From Octopus bimaculoides (lineage: Eukaryota), in NCBI RefSeq assembly GCF_001194135.2, contig NC_068995.1:10180775-10244774 (forward strand): DNA of 64,000 nucleotides, read 5' to 3'. Made by a program: the position numbers and the translations under genes. Shown in pieces: positions 12,572 to 25,991 of the stretch. The notes below the pieces were generated by a model. The model did not search any database. It saw nothing but the letters and a program-made list of their open reading frames with translations, and had not been told where the DNA came from. Positions within the stretch are counted from its first letter, which is position 1, and the number at the start of each line of letters is the position of its first letter.

Positions 12572-12737
12572 CATAAATAAATGAATATATATATATATAT
12601 ATATAGATAGATAGATACATACATACACACACACATACATATATATGTATTTATGCATCTATATATATTTATATATGTATGTATGTACGTCTCTTTATAT
12701 ATAGAGAGAAAGAAAAACAAAGTAAGATATATAGATA

Positions 12738-12775
<38 letters not shown>

Positions 12776-13007
12776 AATAGATATATATATATAAATTTGT
12801 ATACCCAGGTAAGTAAATTAATGATAAAATAAATTTAGATTAATTAAAAAAGATATGTCTGTTTAAAATAAAAACATTTACAAAGAACTAGTATCATAAA
12901 AATGCATATATATTTAGTTATACTTGCACATACCCAAAAACCTATACATATATACACAAAACATACAAGCGTTGGTACATGCCTACATACAAACAAATAC
13001 AGGCAAA

Positions 13008-13053
<46 letters not shown>

Positions 13054-13544
13054 TAATTCATATATAAATATCTACGTACACATATATACACACACATAAT
13101 GCGTCTCCGAGCGTATTTCTAAATATACGACTTAGCTGTTACAAGCTAGAAAAAGAAAGCGAAAAAGAAAATCAGAAAATTACAAGTCGTGGGAGGAACG
13201 AAAAAAGAAGAGAAAGNNNNNNNNNNNNNNNNNNNNNNNNNNNNNNNNNNNNNNNNNNNNNNNNNNNNNNNNNNNNNNNNNNNNNNNNNNNNNNNNNNNN
13301 NNNNNNNNNNNNNNNNNNNNNNNNNNNNNNNNNNNNNNNNNNNNNNNNNNNNNNNNNNNNNNNNNNNNNNNNNNNNNNNNNNNNNNNNNNNNNNNNNNNN
13401 NNNNNNNNNNNNNNNNNNNNNNNNNNNNNNNNNNNNNNNNNNNNNNNNNNNNNNNNNNNNNNNNNNNNNNNNNNNNNNNNNNNNNNNNNNNNNNNNNNNN
13501 NNNNNNNNNNNNNNNNNNNNNNNNNNNNNNNNNNNNNNNNNNNN

Positions 13545-13597
<53 letters not shown>

Positions 13598-14021
13598 ACA
13601 TACATATATTCACTTGAAGATACATATATACACCCTAACGTATATACGTATACAGATATATTGAAATCTGTCTGGTGTATTGAATATCAAAATAAGAAAA
13701 TTGTACAATAAAATAATATAATTAAGTGTAATGTAAATATATAATTTTTTTAGAATATATAGATTTAAAATATATATATGAAAATGAGTAAAAAATTTCA
13801 CCTCGGCAAAATTAAAATATGGAAACGGATAATGAAAAAAAGTAAAAATTTAACCTCAGCAAAATTTAAATTTAAATTTGCAAGAAGTCGAATGTAAAAT
13901 ATGAAGGCAATTGTAATACTAAAAGATGTCTATATTTTAAGTGTAAAAGCCAAATTCAAATGCGGTAGTCAAAAAGATTTTTCGCACATCAAAAACATTA
14001 GCCATACAGTATTTTTACAGT

Positions 14022-14480
14022 TCACATTTTAAACCACGTAGCGTGCCTGCAAGAATGTAAAAGCTCTCGTCTCTGGTTCAATGCATGTTTATCCTGGGAC
14101 AGGATGAAAACTTTTTCAGAGAGGCACAGATTGCATCTCATAGGTCGTCTGTATGCTCTATATTTATATGGTGCTACTTTCTTCAAAACTGTCCAGCAAA
14201 CATTGAAAGGACTGGTATCATTTTCCCTCAATTGCCAGACATGTTCTGCAAGACTTGTTACTGTCCTATTTTCGGGGTATCGAAAAGAATTTCGGTGAGA
14301 ATAAGACTTAGTCTTGAAGGAATTTTTCGAAGGTCCTCTATATGTTTTATATTCTTATGAGCCATCTAGCTGTACTTTAGCTCTACAAACTATTCCTTTG
14401 TCAAGACATTTTCCTTCCAACGGACAGCAACTCTGATCTTTACAATTGCAATTCTTCTGGTTAAAGTCTTCAACAGAGAG
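14022..14480 (-). pseudogene. Penelope-like element GIY-YIG endonuclease C-terminal fragment
   Basis: One frame with a single internal stop: CNCKDQSCCPLEGKCLDKGIVCRAKV...*EYKTYRG...H..SF...HVWQL...W...PY...CNLCLSEK..IL...LNQRRELLHSCRH, the typical PLE GIY-YIG layout. Confidence 0.9.
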
Positions 14481-14539
14481 GAATAAGGAAAATTAAACAG
14501 AGAATAAGAAAAAAACTTGTGGATTTAGCGATCAAGCAT

Positions 14540-14733
14540 GTATTTGTTTATGTGTCTGTGTTTGTCCCCCTACCATCACTTGACAACCGACATTGGTGTG
14601 TTTACGTCTCTGTAACTTAGCGGTTCGGCAAAAGACACCGGTAGCATAAGTACTAGGCTTACAAAGAATAAGTCCTGGGGCGATTTGTTCGACTAAAGGC
14701 TGTGCTCCAGCATGGCCGCAGTGAAATGACTGA

Positions 14734-14738
<5 letters not shown>
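14540..14738 (+). mobile_element. SINE family A 3' half
   Basis: GTTTGTCCCCCTACCATCACTTGACAACCG...CTCCAGCATGGCCGCAGTGAAATGACTGAAAC. Confidence 0.92.
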
Positions 14739-14764
<26 letters not shown>

Positions 14765-15023
14765 GCATAGACATATATACATAGATTTATGGGATGTGTG
14801 TAAATATATATGTAGGTGTATATGTATATACACCTTTGTACACATGTTTGCATGTGTGTAAGTATGTCTGAATAGCAAGACAGACAAACGGACAAACAGC
14901 AGATAGTGATTAATGCAGCGGCGAAGTTTCAAGCTTCGTGTCTACTTCGGCTTCAACACGATTAATTATGAACCTCTCATACTTCATTTATACAAGTATC
15001 TATGAGTTTATGTGGATGTAAAC

Positions 15024-15072
<49 letters not shown>

Positions 15073-16613
15073 TCTTTGAGTGTGTATGGAAGCATGTGTG
15101 GATGTGCGTGTGTGTTCGTGCATTGAATGTGTCTCCTGCACTATGTGAATTTCTCAATGAAAGTACTGTCACGGAAAAAAAAATACCCTACAGACAGTCG
15201 ACTGACTCTAACATCGCCTGTGATCGACTACGTAGAGTACGGAACGAAAGAAAAGCAATGTCAGTAATATAGTTAAAACACCCACGCGACCTAAAGTGAT
15301 TCTGAACGAAAAGCTATTTTAAATTCCTTTTAAATTCGCTCCACACTTTCTCTCTCCCTCTCTCTGTTTCTTAGCATCTAGTTATATGGATAGGCCCTGG
15401 GGAGCCGAAGCGACCTGTTTAGACATGCAATTCGAACTAAATATGTGGATTGACGCTCGAGTGTGTGTGTGTACGTGTGTGTGTGTACGTGTGTGTGTGT
15501 ACGTGTGTGTGTGTGTACGTGTGCGCGTGTTATGTATGTGGTAATGCTTCAATATGTTGAAAAGCTCTCGATCAGCTAAGTGAGTAATGATAATGTTAAA
15601 CTAAAAGCTATAAATCTTACAATTATAGCTACCCTGAGTTTCCTGGTCAAAACTAATTCATTTCGCCATCTATCAAGCTATAAGCAAGAGTGTTTGTCCG
15701 TTGTCTTTTGAGCAGATAACGTTTAAAACAGGAGACGCTTGTAAAGATGAAGACAGAAAAGAAAAACACAAGGGCGATAACCAACGTTACCAGAATTCGA
15801 TGTCAAATAGTAAACTATTAACATCTGGTTTCAGTCTAAGAGTCCGGTCATCTACTTTTAAATTCCGACAAGATGTCTTTTTGAAATGTGAGAATAAAGA
15901 AAAAAATCGCGTTCCTCGAATTTATGTATTCGCTGGAAGTTCCAAAGTGTAATAAAACAGTTTTTTCAAGTAAATACACTGAACATTTTTTTTAGATATA
16001 GTGTCTGGATTTAGAGATATCTGGTTCACCAGAGCAGCGGGTTTTATATACTTTTTAGACTTTTCTTAAAGGGATGACTTGAGAAAGACTAGGGCTCTCT
16101 CACTCTCATTGGGTTTACTGTTCTCTATGTCACTAACTTGAGTATTTCTACGTCCCGTCGCTCATATGCCTGTTAACCTATAGCTAGGACCCTAATAGGT
16201 TCTACGACTCCGGACCATAGTAGACTTAGGAACAAGAGGTGATTCCACACTCCCCAACACCCTGGAACTCCTACACGAGAGCCCCACTACCGGGTGCAGT
16301 TTAAAATCTTACCTAGGACCCGTTAGACTTAACATAAGACCCCATACTAACCATTTTTTAACTACAGACCTGTGATTGTTATTCTATTCTGGTAGACCTC
16401 CAGAGCCATTCGATGCTTAAAAACCAGTTTTATAGGTACTATTTTCAAAATTTCTGTTTTCTTCATCTCACATTTACTTGTGTAATTTGAATGATGTAGA
16501 AGGTTTGAGAAAGAAAACTGACATTGCAATAAATTCGATTAAAGCAAAATATTCTCATGAACCTTTGTAATATTACTATGGATTCCACGTTGATTATTTT
16601 GCTTGTGTGGAAG

Positions 16614-17067
16614 ACGGCGAGCTGACAGAAACGTTAACACGCCGGACGAAATGCTTAGCGGTATTTCGCCTGCNNNNNNNNNNNNNNNNNNNNNNNNNNN
16701 NNNNNNNNNNNNNNNNNNNNNNNNNNNNNNNNNNNNNNNNNNNNNNNNNNNNNNNNNNNNNNNNNNNNNNNNNNNNNNNNNNNNNNNNNNNNNNNNNNNN
16801 NNNNNNNNNNNNNNNNNNNNNNNNNNNNNNNNNNNNNNNNNNNNNNNNNNNNNNNNNNNNNNNNNNNNNNNNNNNNNNNNNNNNNNNNNNNNNNNNNNNN
16901 NNNNNNNNNNNNNNNNNNNNNNNNNNNNNNNNNNNNNNNNNNGAGGTCGACTTTGCCTTTCATCCTTTCGGGGTCGATAAATTAAGTACCATTTGCGTAC
17001 TGTGGTCGATCTAATCGACTGGTCCCCTCCCCAAAAGTTCGGGCCTTGTGCCTAGAGGAGAAAAGAA
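16614..17067 (+). mobile_element. SINE family B (tRNA head, Meta-like domain), spanning a gap
   Basis: GGCGAGCTGACAGAAACGTTAAC head; GAGGTCGACTTTGCCTTTCATCCTTTCGGGGTCGATAAATTAAGTACC; tail GGGCCTTGTGCCTAGAG. Confidence 0.9.
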
Positions 17068-18334
17068 TTTTTTGCTTGTGTGGACACAAAAAAATATTAC
17101 ATGGAACCCCCTGAGGCACGTGTGTCACACTGTGTCACATAGATTCTGCCAGGATTATGACAAAATTCCATGTGTCTTTGGAATATTCAGCCATTTGAAT
17201 TCTGAAATGAGAAATAACTAGTTCAGATTATTGAACAACTAAATTCCGCATCGCCGAAAAAGACGGCAAACATTCTTTATGTATGCATAGGTGTTTTTCT
17301 CTTTCTCTCTCTCTCTCTCTCTCTCACTTTCTCTGTATATGTATGTGTGTTAGTTTGTGAGCGTGTGCATGTTTGCATGTGTGTCCATGCATGTGTGTTC
17401 ACGCGCGTGAGTTTGAATATGCGTGTGTGCCTGTACAGATAAAAATCATCAATTTCTGCTTATATGCTTGATTGCCTATGTTTGTGTGCGTATGTGTGTG
17501 TGTGTGGATAAACGTCCATATTATATACACACATATATACAAACATATATATACATATACACACATATATACACACACACACACACATATATATACACAC
17601 ACATATATATATACACACACACATATATACACACATATATACACACACACATATGCATATATATGTACACATGCACACATACGGATTTGTAAATACGATT
17701 ATTGATTTCTACTACAGTTCGATGGACTGTATTTTACAGCATATTTGTCGCAATATCTCAACAATCGTGTTTCAGAAGTGAAAGTGAAAAAGACATACAG
17801 AGAGACACAGAGTAAAAGAGAGATAGAGTAAAAGAAAGAGAGAGAAAGAGAGTGAGTGAGTGAAAGAAAGAGAGGGAGAGACAGAGAAAGACAGATAAAG
17901 AATAACGGAGACAGAGTTGGTGGGAAGCCAGTAACATGATGTAGGAAACGTTGGCTGGGGGCGAATGAGTTCAATTTTACGATGAATGAAAGGTGTTAAC
18001 TCAACAAACGCGTTTTTCATGGAGAATTTCACTGGAATTACTGACGTGTTTGTTTGTCTTTACGTGTTGTTTTATATTTAATTGAGATCTACTGTTACTT
18101 TTCACTTATTTTTTAGATGTGTGTATATCGAAAATACGTTGGAGATTTTTATATAGGATAATTATTTTAAAAGCCATGTAAAGATTTTTTTAAAGAATAT
18201 ATAAAGTTTTCCTTTTATATATCGTAGTGTAAATTTGTAAATGCAGTTAATGTTTCTTTTATTACAGATGCCAATGCTATGAAATATAGGGTGTATATTA
18301 TGTTGTTAGTACATACATATATGTATAAATATAA

Positions 18335-18365
<31 letters not shown>

Positions 18366-18662
18366 CATGCATATATATGTCTATCATTATTATGTATTAA
18401 ATACATATGATAAACTTCTGGAAAGTTTTACAAATTTTACAGTTCCAGTGATGGCTTGTATCTGTAGGCCTCGAATCAGTTTTCTCCTTTCTGGTTTTGA
18501 GAGGATTAAATTGGATAAGGGGTCCAAAGTAGATCATATATCAGCGTGTGAATATAATGATATCATAATGAGATAAAAAAAAACCAAGTCTGTGTATAAT
18601 ATAGAACATTTATAAATGTTCTATATAATACACAGCCTTGATTCTTTATCTCATTACGATAT

Positions 18663-18727
<65 letters not shown>

Positions 18728-18976
18728 TGTATATATACTGGGAATGGTATGTAGTTCGTATTGAAGTTATTTTAGGTAACCTCATATTATTGATTCCAGT
18801 TAGTTGAGAGGCAAAATTTGACCTCAGACAAAAGAAAGTCATAATGTAACGACCCTAAACAACAGCTGCAAAACATCTAAAGATTCCGGAAGCACCCTGC
18901 CCTTCACAACTTGTTTAAAATATGTTTAACACAGTATATGTTGACCACCCCCTAGAGTAGACAGTATTGAAATGAG

Positions 18977-19022
<46 letters not shown>

Positions 19023-20202
19023 GAAAGCAAGAGACAGAGGAAGGTGGCGTATAATTATCTTTCTTAATTCTATATATAGATAATCCATCACCTTTTATTG
19101 TTAATACAAAATCAGACCTCACACACATATTATGGCTTTTTAATCTCCTACCACTCAGCTTTGTGTTACGTCTATCGTATTTTTCTTTTATTAGATTCGA
19201 AAGAGAATTACATTCCAAGCAGTATTTATATTGCCGGGGAAATATCATGGTTTGTATAAATTTATATTGTGTACGACGTGGTCTAAGTTGTGCGGAGGTG
19301 TTGGTGAGAATCAAATCAGATACACAACAGTATAAAATGATTATGGAAATATTGGTTTTGGAAGTAAATATCGAATAGAATATATTTTAACTGTTTTTCC
19401 GGAGTCGAATGCAGTGGGAGGGAGACAGGGTAGGGCTCATCATCTCAATTTCTGAGTTCGCTTCTTTCTTTTCTTATTTAATTCTCTCTCTCTTTCTCTC
19501 GATAGATAGATAAATACATAGATAGATATTGATAGATAGATCGATATATAGATAGACAGATAGATTCACGATTTAAAGTTACAGTCCGTCTACGAAAGAC
19601 GAAATTAAAAACTGATTTAAGCCTTTGTGTGTGTATATACGTGTGTGTGTTCGTCAATGTGTGTGCATGTGTACTTTTGTATATGTAAGTGTATGTATCT
19701 TTGCCTATGTGAATGTGTTTGGCATTGTCTTTATTGTTCGTTGTTCATTTTTTTTACACATTTAACTTATTGTTCAGTCATATCTTTTATTCGTTTATTT
19801 CTCTGTATTTCCTGCTAAATATAACTTTACACAATAATTTGCTATTTGTATCTGATATTACTGACCTATGGTAGCTATTTATTCCATAAAAAAAATACAT
19901 AACTTTCTTTCTAAAAGATTAAAAATAAATTACATGAAGAAGAATTATGAAGCAGTATTCGGTGTTTAGAAAATTATGGGGACAAATATTGTTATGCAGA
20001 TAAACGAATGAGATAATGTTAAATCCGCCACACACTATTTTTGGAAACAAAATAAAAACAAAGTAATTATTTCTGAACGACATCGGTAGAAACGTTTTTG
20101 TTTTGATCAAGGATTTGCTTGATCAGGGCTGACTGAGAGCTGAACAGAAAAAAAATCATCATCATCATCATCATTATAATTATATATCGCATGGTCTACA
20201 TC

Positions 20203-20584
20203 GGCCGTTCTCAACAGGGGTTCATAAAGCCCTTGGAGTTCCATATGAGGTTTCGCTGTTAAAATTTATCTGCAATAAGTTGGTTGTGTGGTACGAAGCT
20301 TTGCTTACCAACCACATGGTTCTGGGTTCCATCTCACTGCGTGGCACCTGAGAGAAGATCGTCGTATATATACGCTCTTGAAGGGGTTTTAGTCGAACCA
20401 ATCGGCACTAGTACTTACTTTTTTAAAGTATGCTACTTATTCTGTCGGTCTTTATTTCCGAACTGCTAGGTTACGGGTATGTAAACACACCAACACCGGT
20501 TGTCAAACGGTGGTGTGGGACAAAGACAGACATGAAGCCACACACACGCGCACACACACACACACACGCATATACATAGATAAT

Positions 20585-20617
<33 letters not shown>

Positions 20618-20846
20618 CGACGGGCTTCTTTCAGTTTATTCTGTCTACCGAATCCACTCGGAATGTTTAAGTCGGGCCGAAGCTCTAGCAGAGTTCAAAT
20701 GACCAAAGTGCCACGTTTCCTACCTTCATAACGAAAACAAAAATGGTTTCAAATTCTACCTCGGCAGAATTTGAACTCAGAAAGTAAAGACGGACGAAAT
20801 GCTGTTAAGCGTTTTTCCTGGCATGCTAATGATTCTGCCAGTCTTA
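20203..20846. mobile_element. Repeat mosaic: hAT-MITE 5' end, SINE A head (+), SINE A (-), SINE B head (-)
   Basis: GTTCTCAACAGGGG (hAT-like end), GTGTGGT...ACCAACCACATGG, reverse-strand family A body, CTCGGCAGAATTTGAACTCAGA. Confidence 0.75.
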
Positions 20847-22289
20847 AATGATGATAAAAATACAAGCAGTGCCTCTCATGGCTTCAAATCTTAACTGATT
20901 GGAAGTGCTATCATGTACGTGTTTCGAAACTACAGATCCAAGTCATCACTAGAACTGTGAAAATCTGTAAAACTTCCCAGAAGTTTATCGTTTAAGTACA
21001 TATGAGCATATTTAGATATGCAAGTTTAAGCATGAGAATATACACAAAAAATAAAACATACAAATTTGCTCATATACATACATAAATACATTCAAAAATG
21101 CCCTGTTTTAGTTGTTGGAATTCCAACGATGGAGCCTTGAATGTAGATTCGAAACCCATTCTTTCTCTATTGGCAAGAAATGACATACATACATATATGC
21201 AATTAGTATAACGTCTGCGTATCTTCGCATGTGTCTGTTTCTGTAAACATTTCGCTTTCCGAATCCAACACATATTTTTTAAATACTTTCACTCTGAACG
21301 TAACTCGACTTCCGACGTTATAAAATTACTTTAATAATTCAATTTAGCTTCTATTTTCAACTTCTAGAGTTTCACACTCAAACTAAAACTATATAAGACA
21401 CTTGAGCTGTGAGATTTAACAGGAAATTCCACGTGTACAGTTGTAAATATTCTGTCATCAAACATCGACCACCGAAATAAATACGCAACGGAAAATATAT
21501 CGTTGTAATAATATAATGATAAATGTAATATTTTTCTGTTCAGTTTCTTTACACGTCTAGACATTTTTCACATATATTCAATTATTATTTTCTTTATTTA
21601 TAAATTCCCAGTTTTGTTATTCCCCTAATTTAATCAAGCAAACTACAAAATAGTAATTGTATATCTAAAGATTCTCTACTTTTCACGCATCTTTTTTTTT
21701 TCTGTCACTGTACCATGTGATTTTCATCGGTTGGACACAATTGTAATTTTTACTCAAAATATTTATGTTAATGTTCTCAAATGATGATGTTCACTATATC
21801 ATTATATTCTATTATATCAGTTATCATTACTATACTAGATGGTGTTATACGTATGAAATGTGCGATCTCTTTTGACTAAGTTTGGCCACGTGACACAAAA
21901 ACTTTCAAAAGTGTACGTTATATACTCTTCGCTTCCGAGAGATTTATGCATATACATACATACGTATATATACATACACAAACACACGCGCGCACACACA
22001 CACATACATACACACACATATATATATATATATATGTATATATAAACCCTGAAACGAAAAGAAAAAAAACACCGACTGGCCAAAACTATATTTTTAGCTT
22101 CATTAATAAAGACGTAATGTGCCTCCAGTCAGCAGTTCTGATTCAGTATAGCTGCCTATACTTCCAGTAGTACCAGTAAACGTGAAACGAATGGTAACTT
22201 TCTGACCAGCCGTAACCAAAAATATATCACTAGACAACATAAAACAAATCTGGATAGAGTAAGTGCAGTTTTTTTCAACAGTTCAGCTT

Positions 22290-23105
22290 TATGTTAACAT
22301 AAAGCTGATCTTCAGCTTTATGTTAACATCCGCTGGGCAGCTAATTTCCACAACTGTACATAGTTTCTCTCCTCTATCCCAAATCAGTATATCAGATCTG
22401 TTGTGCTAACATTTTATTGAGGTCTTCACGCGGACATTCCACCAGTACTCCTTTTTATCATGAGTGGCTATGGCTTCTAACCATATTGTGAGTTCTTATT
22501 TTTTTGTCCTCGGGGTTATCCTTCCGACGGATTTCATTATAGAGTTTCCTAGCGACAACATCATGTCTCATCGGTAGATAATACCGTGATAATATTCTCG
22601 GACGACTACTTATGATGTGGGTGATATCTTCGGTGTTAACTCCACAAAGTCTGCATCGGTTGTCACACTTTACGGTTTTACCTGCATCTCTATCCCTTTT
22701 GTACGTCAGGTACTTGGTTGATATTTCCTGTTCCTGGATTGCAAACGCATAGCCTTCAAAGTGGAAGTTAGTAATCCGGCTATTCGTCCATGATAAACTG
22801 CTTTGATGATCGATGTTACTATCATCACGGAGCTTTCTGGTAACATATCCATGCATACAGACTCATCCTTTCATTTGATGATACGTTGCGGTAGAGTCGT
22901 GCAATTTCTTAGGGCAGGTATTCTAGGTTACCAGACAAAGAATGTTGTTCAAGCAACCAATCAAGTAGCCCAAATTTTGGTATGAGTACTGGCACTGCAA
23001 ACACATTGTGGGCCACCGTTTTATTAAACGCAGAGTTCTGAGGACCAGATTTTCTTTATTCGGCTGTAATATTCTTTAGTGACAAGTATTTTGTTACAGG
23101 TGTCA
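22290..23105 (-). pseudogene. R4/Dong-like LINE C-terminal fragment (CCHC zinc knuckle plus restriction-like endonuclease)
   Basis: FAVPVLIPKFG..W; EGYAFAIQEQEI; CRLCGVNTEDITHIIS...RHDVVARKLY; HNRSDILIWDREEKLCTVVEISCP. Confidence 0.9.
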
Positions 23106-23769
23106 TGTATGTATGTATCTATGTATGTATGTAGAGAGAGAGAAAGAAAGAGATATGATTGATAGGTATTTGTTTACGGACTTGCCTGCATTATTTTTAA
23201 GCAATCTCAAAACAGCTATATTTATATAAGAACTTTCAGTTTCAGACCCTGCTTTCGGTTTCTCTCTATTTCCGTTCGCGGATCATCTCTTCTGAATGCA
23301 TCCATCATTATTATTAATCTTGTTTCCTTTTGAAGTCTTGCTAATTCATTTAGTCTCCAACAGAGAATTTTAGAACTGTAACCTATTACTAGACAGCTAG
23401 AATATTGATGCTTTTTTTTACCTTATGTATGCATTTAGCTTTCTCTTATGTAGTAATCTAATATACGTAGAATATTCCCGTCTTAAACTTTTCTTTCATT
23501 TGTATCTGTTGCATTGTGTGTCTGTTTCATGAATTCATTAATTCTCGAGCATATTTATTTGCAAGTCTCTCAAGTGTTTAATTTTCTTATCTTTGTTTCT
23601 TTATCTAACAAGACATTAATGGTTTTAATTAAATTCTCTCTCTTTACGTTCGTCATGTCGCATTTTTCAGACGCAATTATTGTTATTATTGTTGTTGTTG
23701 TTATTAAGGCTATGAACTGACATAACTGACGAAATGCGTCTCGTTCGTCTTTACATGCTGAGTTCAATT

Positions 23770-24445
23770 TCTTATTTCTTTATTGCCCACAAGGGGATAA
23801 ACATAGAGGAGACACACAAGGACAGACAGAGGGACCAAGTCGATTACATCGACCCCAGTGCGTAACTGGTACTTAATTTATCGACCCCGAAAGGATGAAA
23901 GGCAAAGTCGACCTCGGCGGAATTTGAACTCAGAACGTAACGGCAGACGAAATACAGCTAAGCGTTTCGCCCGGCGGGGTAACGTTTCTGCCAGCTCGCC
24001 GATGAGTTAAATTTCTACTGAGTCAATGTAATCGACTTAGCCCCTCCCCCGAACTTGCTGGCTTTGTGCCAAATTTTGAAACCACTATCCTCGTCCTCCT
24101 CCTCATTATTATTATTATTATTACGGCGGTGAGCTGGAAGAACCGTTAACACACTGGAGAAAATTATCAATAGCATAGCCTACAAGTCTTTTTGTTATGA
24201 GATCAAATCCCAACAGGGTCTACTTTGTCTTTCATTCTTTTGGGGATCAATAGAATAAAGTATGAATCAATTACTGGTCTTGAAGTAACCGAGGAGTTGC
24301 AATCCTGTAAAATTTCTGGCCTTTTGCCTAAATTTGAAACAATTATCATTGAGTGGCATTTGACCTCTTCGTTCCAGCTCTTTATGTACCGAGTTCAAAT
24401 CAAGTCGAGGGCAGTTTTCTTTTATACATCCAAGGTGAATAAAAT
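23770..24445. mobile_element. Cluster of SINE family B copies: 23770-24002 (-), 24008-24085 (-), 24124-24320 (+), 24345-24445 (+)
   Basis: CGAAAGGATGAAAGGCAAAGTCGACCTCGGCGGAATTTGAACTCAGAAC and homologous segments; (ATT)n between copies. Confidence 0.88.
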
Positions 24446-24886
24446 AAAGCACCATTGAAATAATAGGGTAGATAGCATCGGCTACTCTCCGCCTTTCAAA
24501 ATAGCAGTCCATGTACCTAAATTAGAATCTATTATTATAATAAAAAAATAGAACGACGATGTACTATAATTCACCGTTCTTCGAAAATCAAACAGTTAAC
24601 GGACAAAATTACGCATGTCTGGTGTCATTGGTTTCCGAAAAGCAATGAACTCCATGTAAAGGATAGGTAAATATAATATAAATATAAACATCATGCAAAG
24701 GATAGATAGATAGTAAAATAAAAATTAGGAAATTATGCCGAACATTTTTGAACACCAATAACAACAGCAACAACAATAAAAATAATAGTCGCATATATGC
24801 TGCATTAGACCTAAGAAAGAACTTGCTCGGCAAAGCAGAATATAACGTTCCAGTTAATTAAATTAGGAAGTAACTGCATTGTTAAT

Positions 24887-25080
24887 AAGATGATGATGAT
24901 GGTGGTGGTAGTGGTGGTGGTGGTAATGATGATGGTGGTAATGATGATGGTGGTAATGATGATGGTGGTGGTGGTGGTGGTGATGATAATGAGGGTGACG
25001 ACGACGACAATGATAATGATGATGGTGATGATGATGATGGTGGTGATGATGATGACGATGATGATGGTGGTGGTGGTGAT
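24887..25080. repeat. Mixed (GAT/GGT)n trinucleotide array
   Basis: Directly visible; explains the poly-M/V ORF. Confidence 0.95.
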
Positions 25081-25084
25081 ATTT

Positions 25085-25600
25085 CTCGGAAAGTGAGAAA
25101 GTGGAGAAATGTCAGGAGCTGAAGTGGAAAATCAGGAAACTATAGAGAATCAGGCGCATGGAAGTTGCACTGATTTTGGTTGACGCTCTGGGAGCAATTA
25201 GTAAAATGTCGAATGCAAGGCTTGAGAAGCTAGGCATTAACATCGAAATGGGGCTGTTGCAGAAAGGTATGCGATAAGGAAGAAAGAAAAGTTGAGAGAT
25301 ATGACAAGTTAACTTGGGAAGTTAAGCAGTTGTGGTCGATGAAAAAGGTGGTAGTGGTACCAATAATTATCAGAACCCTGGGAACAATGAGCAAAAATCT
25401 CGAGAGGTACGTGGAACAAATAGGGGCTGCAATAAGTGGTGGAGCACTTGCAGAAAACAGCACTGCTTGGAACCGCACGAATACTCCGGAAGGTGCTCGA
25501 AAAATAAGAGGTGTTACCTTAGTTCACTGGTAGTGAACAGCTGACACTGTAGTACATCTCCGGCGATAGAAGCTATGCAAAGGCAATAATAATAATAATA
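25085..25600 (+). pseudogene. R4/Dong-like LINE 3' end with (AAT)n tail
   Basis: KKVVVVPIIIRTLG (compare the VVPxIIGALG motif); nearly identical 3' end to the 53400-54185 copy (CTTAGTTCACTGGTAGTGAACAGCTGACA...GCAAAGGCAAT). Confidence 0.85.
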
Positions 25601-25991
25601 ACGATTATGATGACGAGGGTGATGGCTTGAAACAGCAAGTTAGTGGAGAGGATATTATGAATGCAGTTATTACATACACCAATATTAACTCTTTGCGTAA
25701 TTCAATTTCATGTTCGTTTTGTAGCGATGTTAATTATCTATCAAAAAACAGAATTGATATTTTCTGCTTCTGCAATACTTTTCTCAATATCTCCTGTATC
25801 AATAGGAGATATTTTATATACATTTTAAGTATTTCATTCTTGCTCTTTAAAGAGATATTTGGTGCAAAACGTGAAGAAAAAAAATTAAGAAAATCTGGAA
25901 AGTTGTCTTTTGTAAAAAGTGTTACTGGGGGTGTCCCTGCTTGCCGAATCTTAAGAGTATTTTTGTTTTATTTTTCGTTTTTTTTTTTGTA

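Noticed and set aside
15701-15952. 83-aa ORF / possible exon
   Set aside because: No recognisable domain, weak splice signals, length expected by chance.
18846-18935. LTR-like start TGTAACGACCC
   Set aside because: No second LTR, PBS, PPT or TSD; far too short.
18952-19314. 120-aa minus-strand ORF
   Set aside because: Partly extends through a (GA)n tract; no motif I can recognise.
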